Source: an uncultured Phycisphaerales bacterium
GTDB lineage: Bacteria > Planctomycetota > Phycisphaerae > Tepidisphaerales > Tepidisphaeraceae
DNA length: 64,000 nucleotides
NCBI GenBank assembly: GCA_963844715.1
Contig: CAWJPJ010000008.1
Span: 192,001 to 256,000 of the forward strand
Direction: 5' to 3'
Positions 34,626 through 43,931 of this stretch are shown here, piece by piece (the stretch's first letter is position 1; each line of letters starts with the position of its first letter). Both the position numbers and the translations under genes were made by a program. The notes below the pieces were generated by a model. It ran no database searches. It was not told the origin of the DNA and saw nothing but the letters and a program-made list of their open reading frames with translations.

Positions 34626-35158
34626 GTTCTTCTCCTGATGGAATGGAACGGAGGCGAGGATACCAGAGGGTCGGGGGGTGGGGAAAATTATAAAGAGAAG
34701 TTAGTTTTGGATAGGGGGAAAGGGCGAGGCATCTAAACGTGAACCTTGCGTGACAAGGGTACAAAAGTATGCGCTTTTGAAAATGACCGGGGCGCATATA
34801 TTAGACATAAGACGTTGTAATTGAAAGACTTGTATCTATTTTTTCCGGGCATTGTGGGTAGGCGCGCCTACTTCGCGCGGGGGGCGTAGAAAGTAGACCC
34901 GAGGGACACTTCGGGCGTGGAGGTAAGCGGCCCGCTCAGACAACCATCGTGGGTCTTATTCTTGGCGGGGTTTTTTAAAATTGATGGGTTGGCCCTGTCT
35001 AAATTCGCGGTTCTCGGCGACGGGCGAGGAGGGCTGTTATGCCGAGGAGGAGAAGAGAGAAGGGGGCGGGTTCGGGGACGGACTGGAAGAAAGTCATGGC
35101 GTTCTCAGCGGCGATTGGTTCAGACTTACAATCTGGTTGATTGATCGGAGTAACAGAA

Positions 35159-36031
35159 ATGGCGCGAGCACCGGGCAATCCTTTGGAGCCAGCATTGATG
35201 CAGCTCTTTCGGCGCGCACACGTGGCCTGCGGCTTGTTTCAACTGTTCTTTAGACAAATTGTCGAAGCAAAGCGATCTATTCGACGGGACCTCAAGAACA
35301 ATGAATCTGGCTTGCCAGCGATCTTCACGGGTTTGTCCATTCCCATTATCGACTTGAGCGGTAAGACAGACGGCGGGTGGCCTTTGAAATACGCCTCAGG
35401 CGGTTTCTCTGTGGCGGATGAAGAATATTTGGAAGCCCTACACGCACTTGATCAACGCGCGACGGCATGGACGATCTCCCAGGTTTATGAAGCGTTCGAG
35501 ACCTTCCTGAAGGATGTAATTGCCGCCGCCCTCACGGCAAACCCAAGCAGCGCGCCGGCGGACCTTGTGAAAAAAATCAATGCTAAGCATCCACCGACGA
35601 GCCTTGACGAATGGCGTTCTTTGCTGCGGAGGGCGTGCAGAGGAAAGGACAATTCGGACCTCTTTGCGCTTGCCCGCCAGCTTGCGCCAGACTTAGAGAA
35701 GATTGAAGTTAAGAACGGATTAGTGAATCTGAAGGACTGGTACGCTGTCGCGTCGAAAATGCGACACGCAGTTACACACGCGGATTATGAAATAAAAACC
35801 GATCAATGGAAGGATCTGAATGAAAGGCAACAGATGCTTTGTGAGATTTGGTTTCCCTTTAAGATGAATGGTGAGAGACGAGTCCTAAGTCTAGACAAGG
35901 CCAGGATGGACAACGCTGTAAGGATGTTCCTCCAGTACGCGTTCCAAATATTCAAATTCCTCTCTCAGGCGAACGGCCTAGATTGGAATATATTCGTCAG
36001 AGGTTTTAATACTGGAAAGGTGAAACCATAA
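35159..36031 (+). CDS. Low-GC protein with HEPN-like Rx4H motif
   Basis: YEAFETFLKD helix and RHAVTH; GGAG RBS at 35147. Confidence 0.6.
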   Translation: MARAPGNPLEPALMQLFRRAHVACGLFQLFFRQIVEAKRSIRRDLKNNESGLPAIFTGLSIPIIDLSGKTDGGWPLKYASGGFSVADEEYLEALHALDQRATAWTISQVYEAFETFLKDVIAAALTANPSSAPADLVKKINAKHPPTSLDEWRSLLRRACRGKDNSDLFALARQLAPDLEKIEVKNGLVNLKDWYAVASKMRHAVTHADYEIKTDQWKDLNERQQMLCEIWFPFKMNGERRVLSLDKARMDNAVRMFLQYAFQIFKFLSQANGLDWNIFVRGFNTGKVKP

Positions 36032-36137
36032 TCGGTAGGCCGAAAAATCGGGAAATATTTAGGATCCGCGTTTATGGCGGATGCATGAACTTATATAAGC
36101 GTAGGCCTAATCCATTGGGCTGCTGAGTTGTGATGCG

Positions 36138-37175
36138 ATGGCGCTTGTGAACCGTGAACATTTAAAGGCGTTGGTGCATTTGGATATCGCCCATCTGAAT
36201 GATCGGGATATTCCCTTTCATGCCTTACACGACGGAACCGCATGGCGTTTGTGGTTTCCTGGGCCACACGGACTTTTTGAAGCTAAGCCAGTCGACGTCA
36301 GTGAAAGTTCTTACTTTGCGACTGCGAAGGTAGCAAAAAGCGATTTCCATTCCTCGTTCTTAGAATTCCTTCAGCAACGTACATATTGGCCGGACATAAC
36401 CCGATTCATCGACGGAATTGGATCAGACCTCCTCAATCTGAGCGCGTGTCTCGCCAAGATCGAACTTATTTTTCATCATTGCCCTCGCCATTCCAATGGG
36501 TACTCGCGAATGATCGCGACGGAAATCGAATATGTTTTTCTTACGTGTAGAGGCATCTTCGATTTACTTCAGGAGATCATGCACCGACTGTGGAAGAAGA
36601 TAACACTCATCGATCAGACGAAAAAGAAGGTTAGCCTTCCAGAAAAGACCTACCGCAGGGTGGTATTAGAAGATGACCACCCACGAACACCGCAAGAGAT
36701 TGCGGAACGGTTCGTTCTGCCAATGGAAATTGCGGACGTTTACGCAAAAAGCACGCCATTCTTCTTTTGGCTACGCGATTACCGCGATTTGATTGCTCAT
36801 TCCGGTCACACGCCCAAACACGTCTTCAGGACGGAGCAGGGCTTCGCAATCTCAAAAGAGGATCGCCCGTTTAGGGATATGAAAATTTGGTGCGACGCCA
36901 ATTCGGGAAACAACGAGCTCGGGTCAGTGTTAGCAGTCGTCGCTCATGTTATCCGGACGACGTTTGGCACCTGCGACGAATTCGCGGCCGTGTTGCAGCG
37001 GTCTATCCAATTCCCGCCTCCTATTGCACCGAACCATCGCATTTTCATTCGCGGTGCCCATACCTCCTATCTCAATTTCTTAACAGATATGGTCGCGGGC
37101 ACAAGAGCTTGGTATGTCCCGCCCTCTCCAACACCTGATACTGCTCAAGCGCCCGCCACTAATACGAGTCGATAG
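36138..37175 (+). CDS. Low-GC protein with HEPN-like Rx4H motif
   Basis: EYVFLTCRGIFDLL and LRDYRDLIAH, resembling Cthe_2314-type HEPN. Confidence 0.6.
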   Translation: MALVNREHLKALVHLDIAHLNDRDIPFHALHDGTAWRLWFPGPHGLFEAKPVDVSESSYFATAKVAKSDFHSSFLEFLQQRTYWPDITRFIDGIGSDLLNLSACLAKIELIFHHCPRHSNGYSRMIATEIEYVFLTCRGIFDLLQEIMHRLWKKITLIDQTKKKVSLPEKTYRRVVLEDDHPRTPQEIAERFVLPMEIADVYAKSTPFFFWLRDYRDLIAHSGHTPKHVFRTEQGFAISKEDRPFRDMKIWCDANSGNNELGSVLAVVAHVIRTTFGTCDEFAAVLQRSIQFPPPIAPNHRIFIRGAHTSYLNFLTDMVAGTRAWYVPPSPTPDTAQAPATNTSR

Positions 37176-37189
37176 CGTGTCGGCCGTAC

Positions 37190-37456
37190 TTACCGCTTGC
37201 GGCGAATCTTGCGGTGATGTCGCTTTCGGGCAGCATCCACGGCTTTGCCCAACTCGGTTTCGTCGATTTCTCTGCCCGGGCCCATGAGTTCGGCCAGCGT
37301 GGTTGTTCGGGCCCGTTGCTCAAACGCCAGGTCGTCCTCTACCAGATCGCGGATGTATTGCTCGGGGGTAACGCCCAGTAGTCTCGCCTTGTCAGCGATT
37401 TGTGAGATCATGTGTCGAGGCAAGCGCTTGATGATATTGGGACCGGCTGTGGTCAT
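37190..37456 (-). CDS. Small ribbon-helix-helix/antitoxin-like protein with no adjacent co-oriented toxin
   Basis: RLPRHMISQIADKARLLGVTPEQYIRDLVE pattern; 88 aa, basic tail. Confidence 0.55.
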   Translation of the reverse strand: MTTAGPNIIKRLPRHMISQIADKARLLGVTPEQYIRDLVEDDLAFEQRARTTTLAELMGPGREIDETELGKAVDAARKRHHRKIRRKR

Positions 37457-37475
37457 AATTGTGCCCTTCAAACCT

Positions 37476-37563
37476 ATTATACGGATCGTAGTTGATATTC
37501 GTGCCGGCCCCTCACCCTAGCCCTCTCCCCGAGTACAGAGAGAGGGGATAAGAGGGCGCGCGG
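37476..37563 (-). mobile_element. 88-bp REP/MITE-like hairpin element with TATAAT, copy 1
   Basis: 77/88 identical, ungapped, to 56587-56674; hairpin CCCTCTCCCC-gagtaca-GAGAGAGGG. Confidence 0.75.
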
Positions 37564-37593
37564 GATTCAACTAGAATCCTATTATATCATCGA

Positions 37594-38739
37594 TCAAAAC
37601 CGCCCTTTTCGGCCGGTTAGGGTTTTTTCTAAAACGTTTTCGAGGGTGTCGCAGACGCGGTCGATTTGGGGGGCGGTCATTCTGCTGAAGAAGGGGAGGG
37701 CTAGCGTGCGGGCGGAGACGTACTCGCAGACGGGGTAGTCGCCTTCTTTGGTTTTGATTTGGTTCATCATGTAGGGCTGAAGGTGGATGGGGGGGAAATA
37801 GTTGGAGCAGCCTATGCCTTCGGAGCGGAGTTCTCGGATGACGCGGTCGCGGTCGCCGGGTTCGAAGAGGTCGTTTAGGCGGACGACGAAGACGAACCAG
37901 CTCATGTGGGTTTCGTCCATGAGGGTGGGGAGGATGAGGTAGCGGTTGGTCATGAGGCGCTGCATGTAGTGGTGGGCGACTCTGCGGCGGTTGTCGAGAA
38001 TTTCTGTGAGGCGGGACATCTGGGCGACGCCGAGGGCGGCGTTGATTTCGCTTAGGCGGTAGTTGAAGCCGAGGCGTTGGTGGGCTAGCCAGGACATGCC
38101 GTCGCGGCCCTGGTTTCTCAGGGAGCGGCATTGGGCGGCGAAATTGTCGTCGTCGGTGACGATCATGCCTCCTTCGCCGGTGGTGATTTGTTTGTTGGGG
38201 TAGAAGCCGAAGACGGCGGCGCGGCCGAAGGAGCCGATGCAGCGGTCGGCGAATTTTCCGCCGAAGCCTTCGCAGGCGTCTTCGATGAGGATGAGTTCGT
38301 GTTTTTGGGAGAGTTGCTCGAGTTCGATCATGCCGTTGGGATTGCCGAAGGCTTCGACGGCGACGATGGCGCGGGTTTTTGGGGTGATGGCGGCGGCGGC
38401 TTTTTCGATGTCCAGGTTGAGGGTTATGGGATCGATATCCGCGAAGACGGGTTTGGCTCCTACATATAAGATGCAGTTGGCGGAGGCGACGAAGGAGAAG
38501 GGGGTGGTGAGGACTTCGTCGCCGGGGGCGATTCCGGCGGCGATCATGGCGGCGTGGAGGCCGGCGGTGCCGGAGGAGACGCCGATTCCATGGCGCCGGG
38601 AGGCCATTAGGGCGCAGGAACGCTCAAATTCTTCGATTTTTGGGCCGATGGAGAGGGTCGAAGTGTGGAGGACATCGACGACGGCGTCGATCTCGATTTG
38701 CGTAATATCCGGCTGAGAGAGAGGGATGGATGCTGGCAT
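37594..38739 (-). CDS. DegT/DnrJ/EryC1/StrS family aminotransferase
   Basis: SSGTAGLH, SFVASAN, LIEDACE, FGFYPNKQITTGEGG, GFNYRL. Confidence 0.95.
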   Translation of the reverse strand: MPASIPLSQPDITQIEIDAVVDVLHTSTLSIGPKIEEFERSCALMASRRHGIGVSSGTAGLHAAMIAAGIAPGDEVLTTPFSFVASANCILYVGAKPVFADIDPITLNLDIEKAAAAITPKTRAIVAVEAFGNPNGMIELEQLSQKHELILIEDACEGFGGKFADRCIGSFGRAAVFGFYPNKQITTGEGGMIVTDDDNFAAQCRSLRNQGRDGMSWLAHQRLGFNYRLSEINAALGVAQMSRLTEILDNRRRVAHHYMQRLMTNRYLILPTLMDETHMSWFVFVVRLNDLFEPGDRDRVIRELRSEGIGCSNYFPPIHLQPYMMNQIKTKEGDYPVCEYVSARTLALPFFSRMTAPQIDRVCDTLENVLEKTLTGRKGRF

Positions 38740-38802
38740 AAGTGAGGCGAGGCATATATTACTCGAAGTGCGTTGGTTGGTCCGACAGTAGATATAACTG
38801 AA

Positions 38803-39101
38803 AAAGGACGGGGTTTGAAAGGACCGCCCCTCATCCTGCCCTCTCCTTGGAATACTGGGGGAGGGGAAAAGCGCAAGGGACGCGGTTAGAGGGGATTGCC
38901 CCTCACCCTTGCCCTCTCCCCGGAGTACCGGGGAGAGGGGAAAAGAGCGCAAGGGATGCGGTTAGAAATAACGGCCTCTCACCTCGCCCACCGTGCCGGA
39001 ACCAAAGGCGGGGGAGAGGGGAAAATACTGAAGTAGGGCGCGGTTAGAGAAGACTGCCCCTCACCCTAGCCCTCTCCCCGGAATACCGGGGCGAGGGGAC
39101 A
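38803..39101. repeat. Tandem array of four REP-like hairpin units (BIME-like), periods 72/76/82 bp
   Basis: GCCCCTCACCC..CCCTCTCCCC-GGAGTACC-GGGGAGAGGGG cores at 38826, 38898, 38974, 39056 with GCGGTTAGA linkers. Confidence 0.88.
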
Positions 39102-39103
39102 AG

Positions 39104-41326
39104 ATGGAAAAAAGAGCCAAATCTTCGAAGCACTCGCATTTCTGGCGGGCTTGTCGGTATTTGCTGCCTTATCGCATATATATAGCGATCTCGATTGTTT
39201 GCGCATTTTTTGTGGGTCTTACTTTGGCTTCGGGGCTGGGGGCGTTGCTGCCGTTGCTGCGGGTTTTGATTAATGGGGATAGTTTGCAGGGGTGGGCGTA
39301 TCGGCAGACGGCGGAGATGCGGCTGGGGGTTCATTTTCAGCAGGACCCGGGGATCGTTCAGATTGTTCAGATTACCAACAAGAGCGGAGGGGCCGCTGGC
39401 GCGGGGTTGAAGCCGGGGGTTGTGATTGAAGGGGCTGATCTTCCGCCGGATGCGCCGCCCAGCCCGTTTCCGGGTAGGGATTCGGATCCGGCGTATAAGG
39501 CTGGGGAGATTCTTCGGCGGATAGCGCGGGGGGGTGCGGGGTCGACTCATCTCATTATTGGGGGAGAATCCGTCGCGGTGCGGCTCAAGACGCCGGGGTG
39601 GTTTGGATTGGCGAAGGTGGGGTTGAATCTGGTTGATGCGCTGCCGGTGCGGCCGGTGGCGGCGGTGGCGGCGGTGTTTGGGATTATGGCGGTGCTGGCG
39701 ATCACGGGGCAGTGCTTTCGATTTTTTCAGGAATATCTTTCGGACGAAGTGGGGATTCTGGCGGTCAACGACATGCGGCGGCAGCTTTATGATCGGGTGC
39801 TGCGCGTTCCGATGCAGTTCTTTGGGCAAAAGGGGACGAGCGACATTACGAGCCGATTGGTGAGCGACGCCTCGACGTTGCAGGACGGTTTCAAGCAGGT
39901 TTTGGGGCAGAGCATTCAGGAGCCGATCAAGGCGATCATGGCGTTGGGGCTGGCGCTGATTTTGAGCTGGCAACTGACGGTGTCGATCGTGGTGTTCTCG
40001 CCGATCATGGTGATCATCGTGCGGAAGTTCGGGAAGAAGATGCGGCGAGCCAGCCGGGCGGCTTTGCAATCTTCTTCGGTGATGCTGGGGCAACTTGAGA
40101 GCACGCTGATGGGGATTCGGGTGGTGAAAGCCTCGGGGGCGGAACGATACGAGCGGCGGCGGTATATGCAGATCATGGGGAACCTGATTCGCGAGCAGTT
40201 GCGGATGAGCCGGACGGATGCGCTGAGCGCGCCGGTGCTGGAGACGGCGATCATGCTGATGATGGGGTGCGTGGTGCTGCTGGCTACGAAATTGGTGGTG
40301 GCGCATTCGATTACGGCGAACGATTTTCTGGTGGTGATGGGGTCATTGGCGGTGATCGCGGAATCTTTGCGGCGGGCCAGCAAGGTGAGCAATGCGCTTC
40401 AGAAAGCTAATGCAGCGGCGGGGAGGATTTTCGAGACTTTGGAGTTGCCTGTGGAGAGGGAGGATCGGAAGAGAGTGGGGGGTCGCGCCCCGCAAGCGGG
40501 GCCGCTAATGGGGGGGGAGGGGTTGCGGCGGAAGTTGCCGGTGTTGAGTTCTTCGATTTTGTTTGAGGGGGTCACGTTTGGGTATGGGAATGTCAGCGCG
40601 CCGGCGGTGGATCGCGTGGATTTGCGGGTACCTAAGGGGCAGAGCGTGGCGATCGTGGGGCGCAATGGGAGCGGGAAGACGACGCTGTTGGCACTGCTGC
40701 CGCGGTTTTATGATCCGCAATCGGGGCGCATTACGATTGACGGGCAGGATATTCGGACGGTTACGCTGGCGTCGCTGCGGAAACAAATCAGCATTGTCAC
40801 GCAGGACAGCGTGATATTTCCGGGGACGATTGCGCAGAACATCGCGTATGGAAATCCGATGGCGGCGCCGGATGCGCCGGCCACGGATGGGCGGGCGGTG
40901 CTGATGATGGAAATCGAAGACGCGGCGCGGCGGGCGTTTGCGCATGATTTTATTATTGAAAAGCCGCAGGCTTATCACACGCCGCTGGGGGAGCTGGGCG
41001 GGCAATTGTCGGGCGGGCAGAAGCAGCGGCTGTGCATCGCGCGGGCGATTTTGCGGAAGAGCCCGATTCTGATTCTGGACGAAGCGACCAGCCAGGTGGA
41101 CGCGGAGAGCGAACATCTTATTCAGCAGGCGACCGAGTCGCTGATGCATGAGCGGACGACGTTTGTGATCGCGCATCGGTTCAGCACGATTGTGTCGGCG
41201 GATACGATCGTGGTGATGGAGCGCGGGCGCGTGGTGGGGCAGGGGAAGCATGAGGATTTGCTGCGGAGTTGTGAGACTTATCAGCAGCTTTATGAGCGGC
41301 AGCTTTTTGCGACTACCGCTAAGTGA
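39104..41326 (+). CDS. ABC transporter permease/ATPase fusion (MsbA-like)
   Basis: ABC membrane domain; GRNGSGKTT, LSGGQKQR, ILILDEATS, IAHR. Confidence 0.93.
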   Translation: MEKRAKSSKHSHFWRACRYLLPYRIYIAISIVCAFFVGLTLASGLGALLPLLRVLINGDSLQGWAYRQTAEMRLGVHFQQDPGIVQIVQITNKSGGAAGAGLKPGVVIEGADLPPDAPPSPFPGRDSDPAYKAGEILRRIARGGAGSTHLIIGGESVAVRLKTPGWFGLAKVGLNLVDALPVRPVAAVAAVFGIMAVLAITGQCFRFFQEYLSDEVGILAVNDMRRQLYDRVLRVPMQFFGQKGTSDITSRLVSDASTLQDGFKQVLGQSIQEPIKAIMALGLALILSWQLTVSIVVFSPIMVIIVRKFGKKMRRASRAALQSSSVMLGQLESTLMGIRVVKASGAERYERRRYMQIMGNLIREQLRMSRTDALSAPVLETAIMLMMGCVVLLATKLVVAHSITANDFLVVMGSLAVIAESLRRASKVSNALQKANAAAGRIFETLELPVEREDRKRVGGRAPQAGPLMGGEGLRRKLPVLSSSILFEGVTFGYGNVSAPAVDRVDLRVPKGQSVAIVGRNGSGKTTLLALLPRFYDPQSGRITIDGQDIRTVTLASLRKQISIVTQDSVIFPGTIAQNIAYGNPMAAPDAPATDGRAVLMMEIEDAARRAFAHDFIIEKPQAYHTPLGELGGQLSGGQKQRLCIARAILRKSPILILDEATSQVDAESEHLIQQATESLMHERTTFVIAHRFSTIVSADTIVVMERGRVVGQGKHEDLLRSCETYQQLYERQLFATTAK

Positions 41327-41512
41327 ATGACGAGCGACGAATGACGAATGACGAATGATAAATGTGCGCCAGCATCCGCCGCGCCGGGCCGAATCAATGA
41401 TCTAATGTCCGAATGGGGGGCGTGCGGTTTCAGAATTTGAGATTTGAGATTTGAGATTTGATTCGTCCCGGCGCGGCGGGTGCTGGGGCACATTTTTCAC
41501 TCGTCATTCGTT
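41323..41512. repeat. Heptamer tandem repeats (GAATGAC)n and (ATTTGAG)n between convergent genes
   Basis: 41323-41359 and 41435-41461; inverted CTCGTCATTC near 41500. Confidence 0.85.
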
Positions 41513-42305
41513 ATTCCGGGTTGGTCTGAATCCATTGCAAATAGAGTCCATGGGGCGGGGCGGTTTGTCCGGCGGCCTGGCGGTCTTTGGCGGCTAGCAT
41601 TTTTTGGATGACTTCGGGGGGATGGCGGTTTTGGCCTACTTCTACGAGGGTGCCGACGATGATGCGGACCATGTTCCAGAGGAAGCCGTTGCCTTCGATG
41701 GCGATGACAAGTTTGTGGCCGAGGTTGGAGAGTTTGCATTGATGGATGATGCGGACGGCGGACTGGCGGCCGTGGCCGGGGCGGGCGAAGCTGGTGAAAT
41801 CGTGCTCGCCTTCGAAATATCGGGCGGCGGATTGCATGGCGGGGATGTCCAGGGGTTGCCAGCGGTGCCAGCATTGATCGGGGAAGAAGGGGTTTCGATC
41901 CAGGGCGGTCCAGATGAAATATTGGTAGCGCTTGCGCACGGCGGAGGCGATGGCGTCGAAGGAATCGGGGACGGGCTCAATTGAATAAACGAGGATGTCT
42001 TCGGGGAGTTGATGATTGAGGGCCTGACGGAGACCTTCGAGGGGGATTTGAGCTTGATCGGTGTCGAAATGGGCGACCTGACCTTTGGCGTGTACGCCGG
42101 CGTCGGTTCGGCTGGAACCGACGACGGTGACGGGGTGACGGACGACGGCGGCGAGGGCGGAGGCGAGGGTTTCCTGGACGGTGGGGATTCCGCAGCCGGG
42201 TTCGGGGGGCGGGCCTTTGTAACTGGGCAGGGCGAGTTGGCGCTGCCAGCCGTGATAGCGTGTTCCGCGATAGGCGAGGGTTAGTTTGAGGCGTTGGGTG
42301 GGCAT
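41511..42305 (-). CDS. truA: tRNA pseudouridine(38-40) synthase
   Basis: AYRGTRYHGWQRQ, SSRTDAGVHAKGQV, HDFTSF, GFLWNMVRIIVG, TAPPHGLYL. Confidence 0.97.
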   Translation of the reverse strand: MPTQRLKLTLAYRGTRYHGWQRQLALPSYKGPPPEPGCGIPTVQETLASALAAVVRHPVTVVGSSRTDAGVHAKGQVAHFDTDQAQIPLEGLRQALNHQLPEDILVYSIEPVPDSFDAIASAVRKRYQYFIWTALDRNPFFPDQCWHRWQPLDIPAMQSAARYFEGEHDFTSFARPGHGRQSAVRIIHQCKLSNLGHKLVIAIEGNGFLWNMVRIIVGTLVEVGQNRHPPEVIQKMLAAKDRQAAGQTAPPHGLYLQWIQTNPE

Positions 42306-42433
42306 TTTCGGCGGTTTCAACCCCAACGGATGGCCATCCGCTGGGTTTGGCGGATTAACACACGCGAAATTTGCGACGATTGAACCGTCAAATCGTCCCC
42401 GTTACAATCTGTTTTTCGTAAGTTCTTCAATTC

Positions 42434-43837
42434 ATGAATGATAAAGCAGAATATCCGGCGGTTCCTGAGGCGTTTGCGGCTTTGGGGGTTCGTCCTTCGA
42501 TCCTGCGAGCCTTGGCGGACGCGAGTTTTGTCACCCCTTCGGAAATCCAAACCCTGCTGATTCCGCCGGCCCTGGAAGGGAAAGACATCCTGGGCCAGGC
42601 GCGGACGGGGACGGGCAAGACGGCGGCGTTTGGGATTCCCATTTTGCAGAAATGCACGCGCGGGTTGGCGACGCAGGCGATCATTTTGGTGCCTACGCGG
42701 GAACTGGCGGTTCAAGTCGAGACTGAGATCAAGCGACTGGGGGCGCATACGCCGATCCGCTCCGTGGCGGTCTTCGGGGGGCAGAAGATCGTTGCGCAGA
42801 TGAAATTCCTGAAACACGGGCCGGAAATTATTGTGGGGACCCCTGGGCGGGTGATCGATCTTTTGGATCGGAGGATCATCTCGTTTGGAAACATCCGATT
42901 TGTGGTTCTCGATGAAGTCGATCGGATGCTCGATATCGGGTTCCGGGACGATATCCGGAATATTCTTTCGCGCATCAAGGGCGTGCGGCCGGGATCGCAA
43001 GGGCAGGAGGGTGGGGGTGCATCGCATCAAACGATGTTTGTCTCCGCGACGATCTCCGACGAAATAGACAAGCTGGCGCGGCAGTACATGCGCGAGCCGG
43101 TGGAGAAATTGATCGCGCCGGGCGCGGATGACAAGCCGACGGTGGAGAACGTCGAGCAGTATTATTTTTCGGTGCAGCCCTGGGACAAATATATTTTGCT
43201 GAAGAAGCTTCTGCTGCGGGAGAATCCGGAACTGGCGATTGTGTTTTGCCGGACCAAGCGCGGGGCGGAGAAGCTGGCGAAGAAGCTTTTTGCCGAGGGG
43301 ATCGAATGCCGGGAGATTCATGGGAATCTGGCGCAGAACAAGCGCGACCGGGTGATGAAGAGTTTTCGCGGGGGGAAATTTGATGTCTTGATCGCGACGG
43401 ACCTTGCGAGCCGGGGGATCGACGTCGCGGACATCAGCCACATTATTAACTATGACATTCCGGAAGATCCGGAAGTTTATGTGCATCGCATTGGGCGGAC
43501 GGCGCGCATGGGGGCGGCGGGGAAAGCGTTTACGTTTGTCGCCAGCGATCAGGGGGATGAACTGACGCGCGTGGAGGAATTGATCAACATGGTTATTCCG
43601 CAGGCGACGATCGAGGGTTTTGAGCCTCGGCCTACGCCGGCGGATTGGGATGGGGCGGGGCCGGCGGCTGCTGTTTTATCCACACCGTCTAAGCCGATTG
43701 TGAGCCGATTTGAGCGGGCTTGGGGCGGCGGGACGGGCGGCTCGGGGGAATCCGCTGCCCAGAGCCCGGTTCCGCTGCCGCCGCGGACGATTGGGAGCAA
43801 AATACCAATCAATCGGCGGCATAAGCGGCGGCGGTAG
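42434..43837 (+). CDS. DEAD/DEAH-box RNA helicase (DEVD variant)
   Basis: ARTGTGKT, PTRELA, TPGR, LDEVD, SAT, SRGID, HRIGRTAR. Confidence 0.96.
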   Translation: MNDKAEYPAVPEAFAALGVRPSILRALADASFVTPSEIQTLLIPPALEGKDILGQARTGTGKTAAFGIPILQKCTRGLATQAIILVPTRELAVQVETEIKRLGAHTPIRSVAVFGGQKIVAQMKFLKHGPEIIVGTPGRVIDLLDRRIISFGNIRFVVLDEVDRMLDIGFRDDIRNILSRIKGVRPGSQGQEGGGASHQTMFVSATISDEIDKLARQYMREPVEKLIAPGADDKPTVENVEQYYFSVQPWDKYILLKKLLLRENPELAIVFCRTKRGAEKLAKKLFAEGIECREIHGNLAQNKRDRVMKSFRGGKFDVLIATDLASRGIDVADISHIINYDIPEDPEVYVHRIGRTARMGAAGKAFTFVASDQGDELTRVEELINMVIPQATIEGFEPRPTPADWDGAGPAAAVLSTPSKPIVSRFERAWGGGTGGSGESAAQSPVPLPPRTIGSKIPINRRHKRRR

Positions 43838-43931
43838 GTGGCGGGGTGGTTTGCTGGAATTGCGGGAGGAGCGCGGTGCTGCGCACCGCCGCTAAATGGG
43901 GGGAGGGTCGAAATTGATCCGAGTCGATTCG

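Noticed and set aside
34860..34965. tRNA or known structured RNA
   Set aside because: Hairpins are present but no cloverleaf, T-loop consensus or CCA end was recognised
35141..37190. Integron cassette array
   Set aside because: No RYYYAAC..GTTRRRY attC structure between the genes and no integron integrase
38803..39101. CRISPR array
   Set aside because: Repeats are degenerate, the spacers resemble each other (GCGGTTAGA), the period varies and no cas genes are present
42434..43837. DEVD instead of DEAD in the helicase
   Set aside because: Known tolerated motif II variant; all other motifs are canonical
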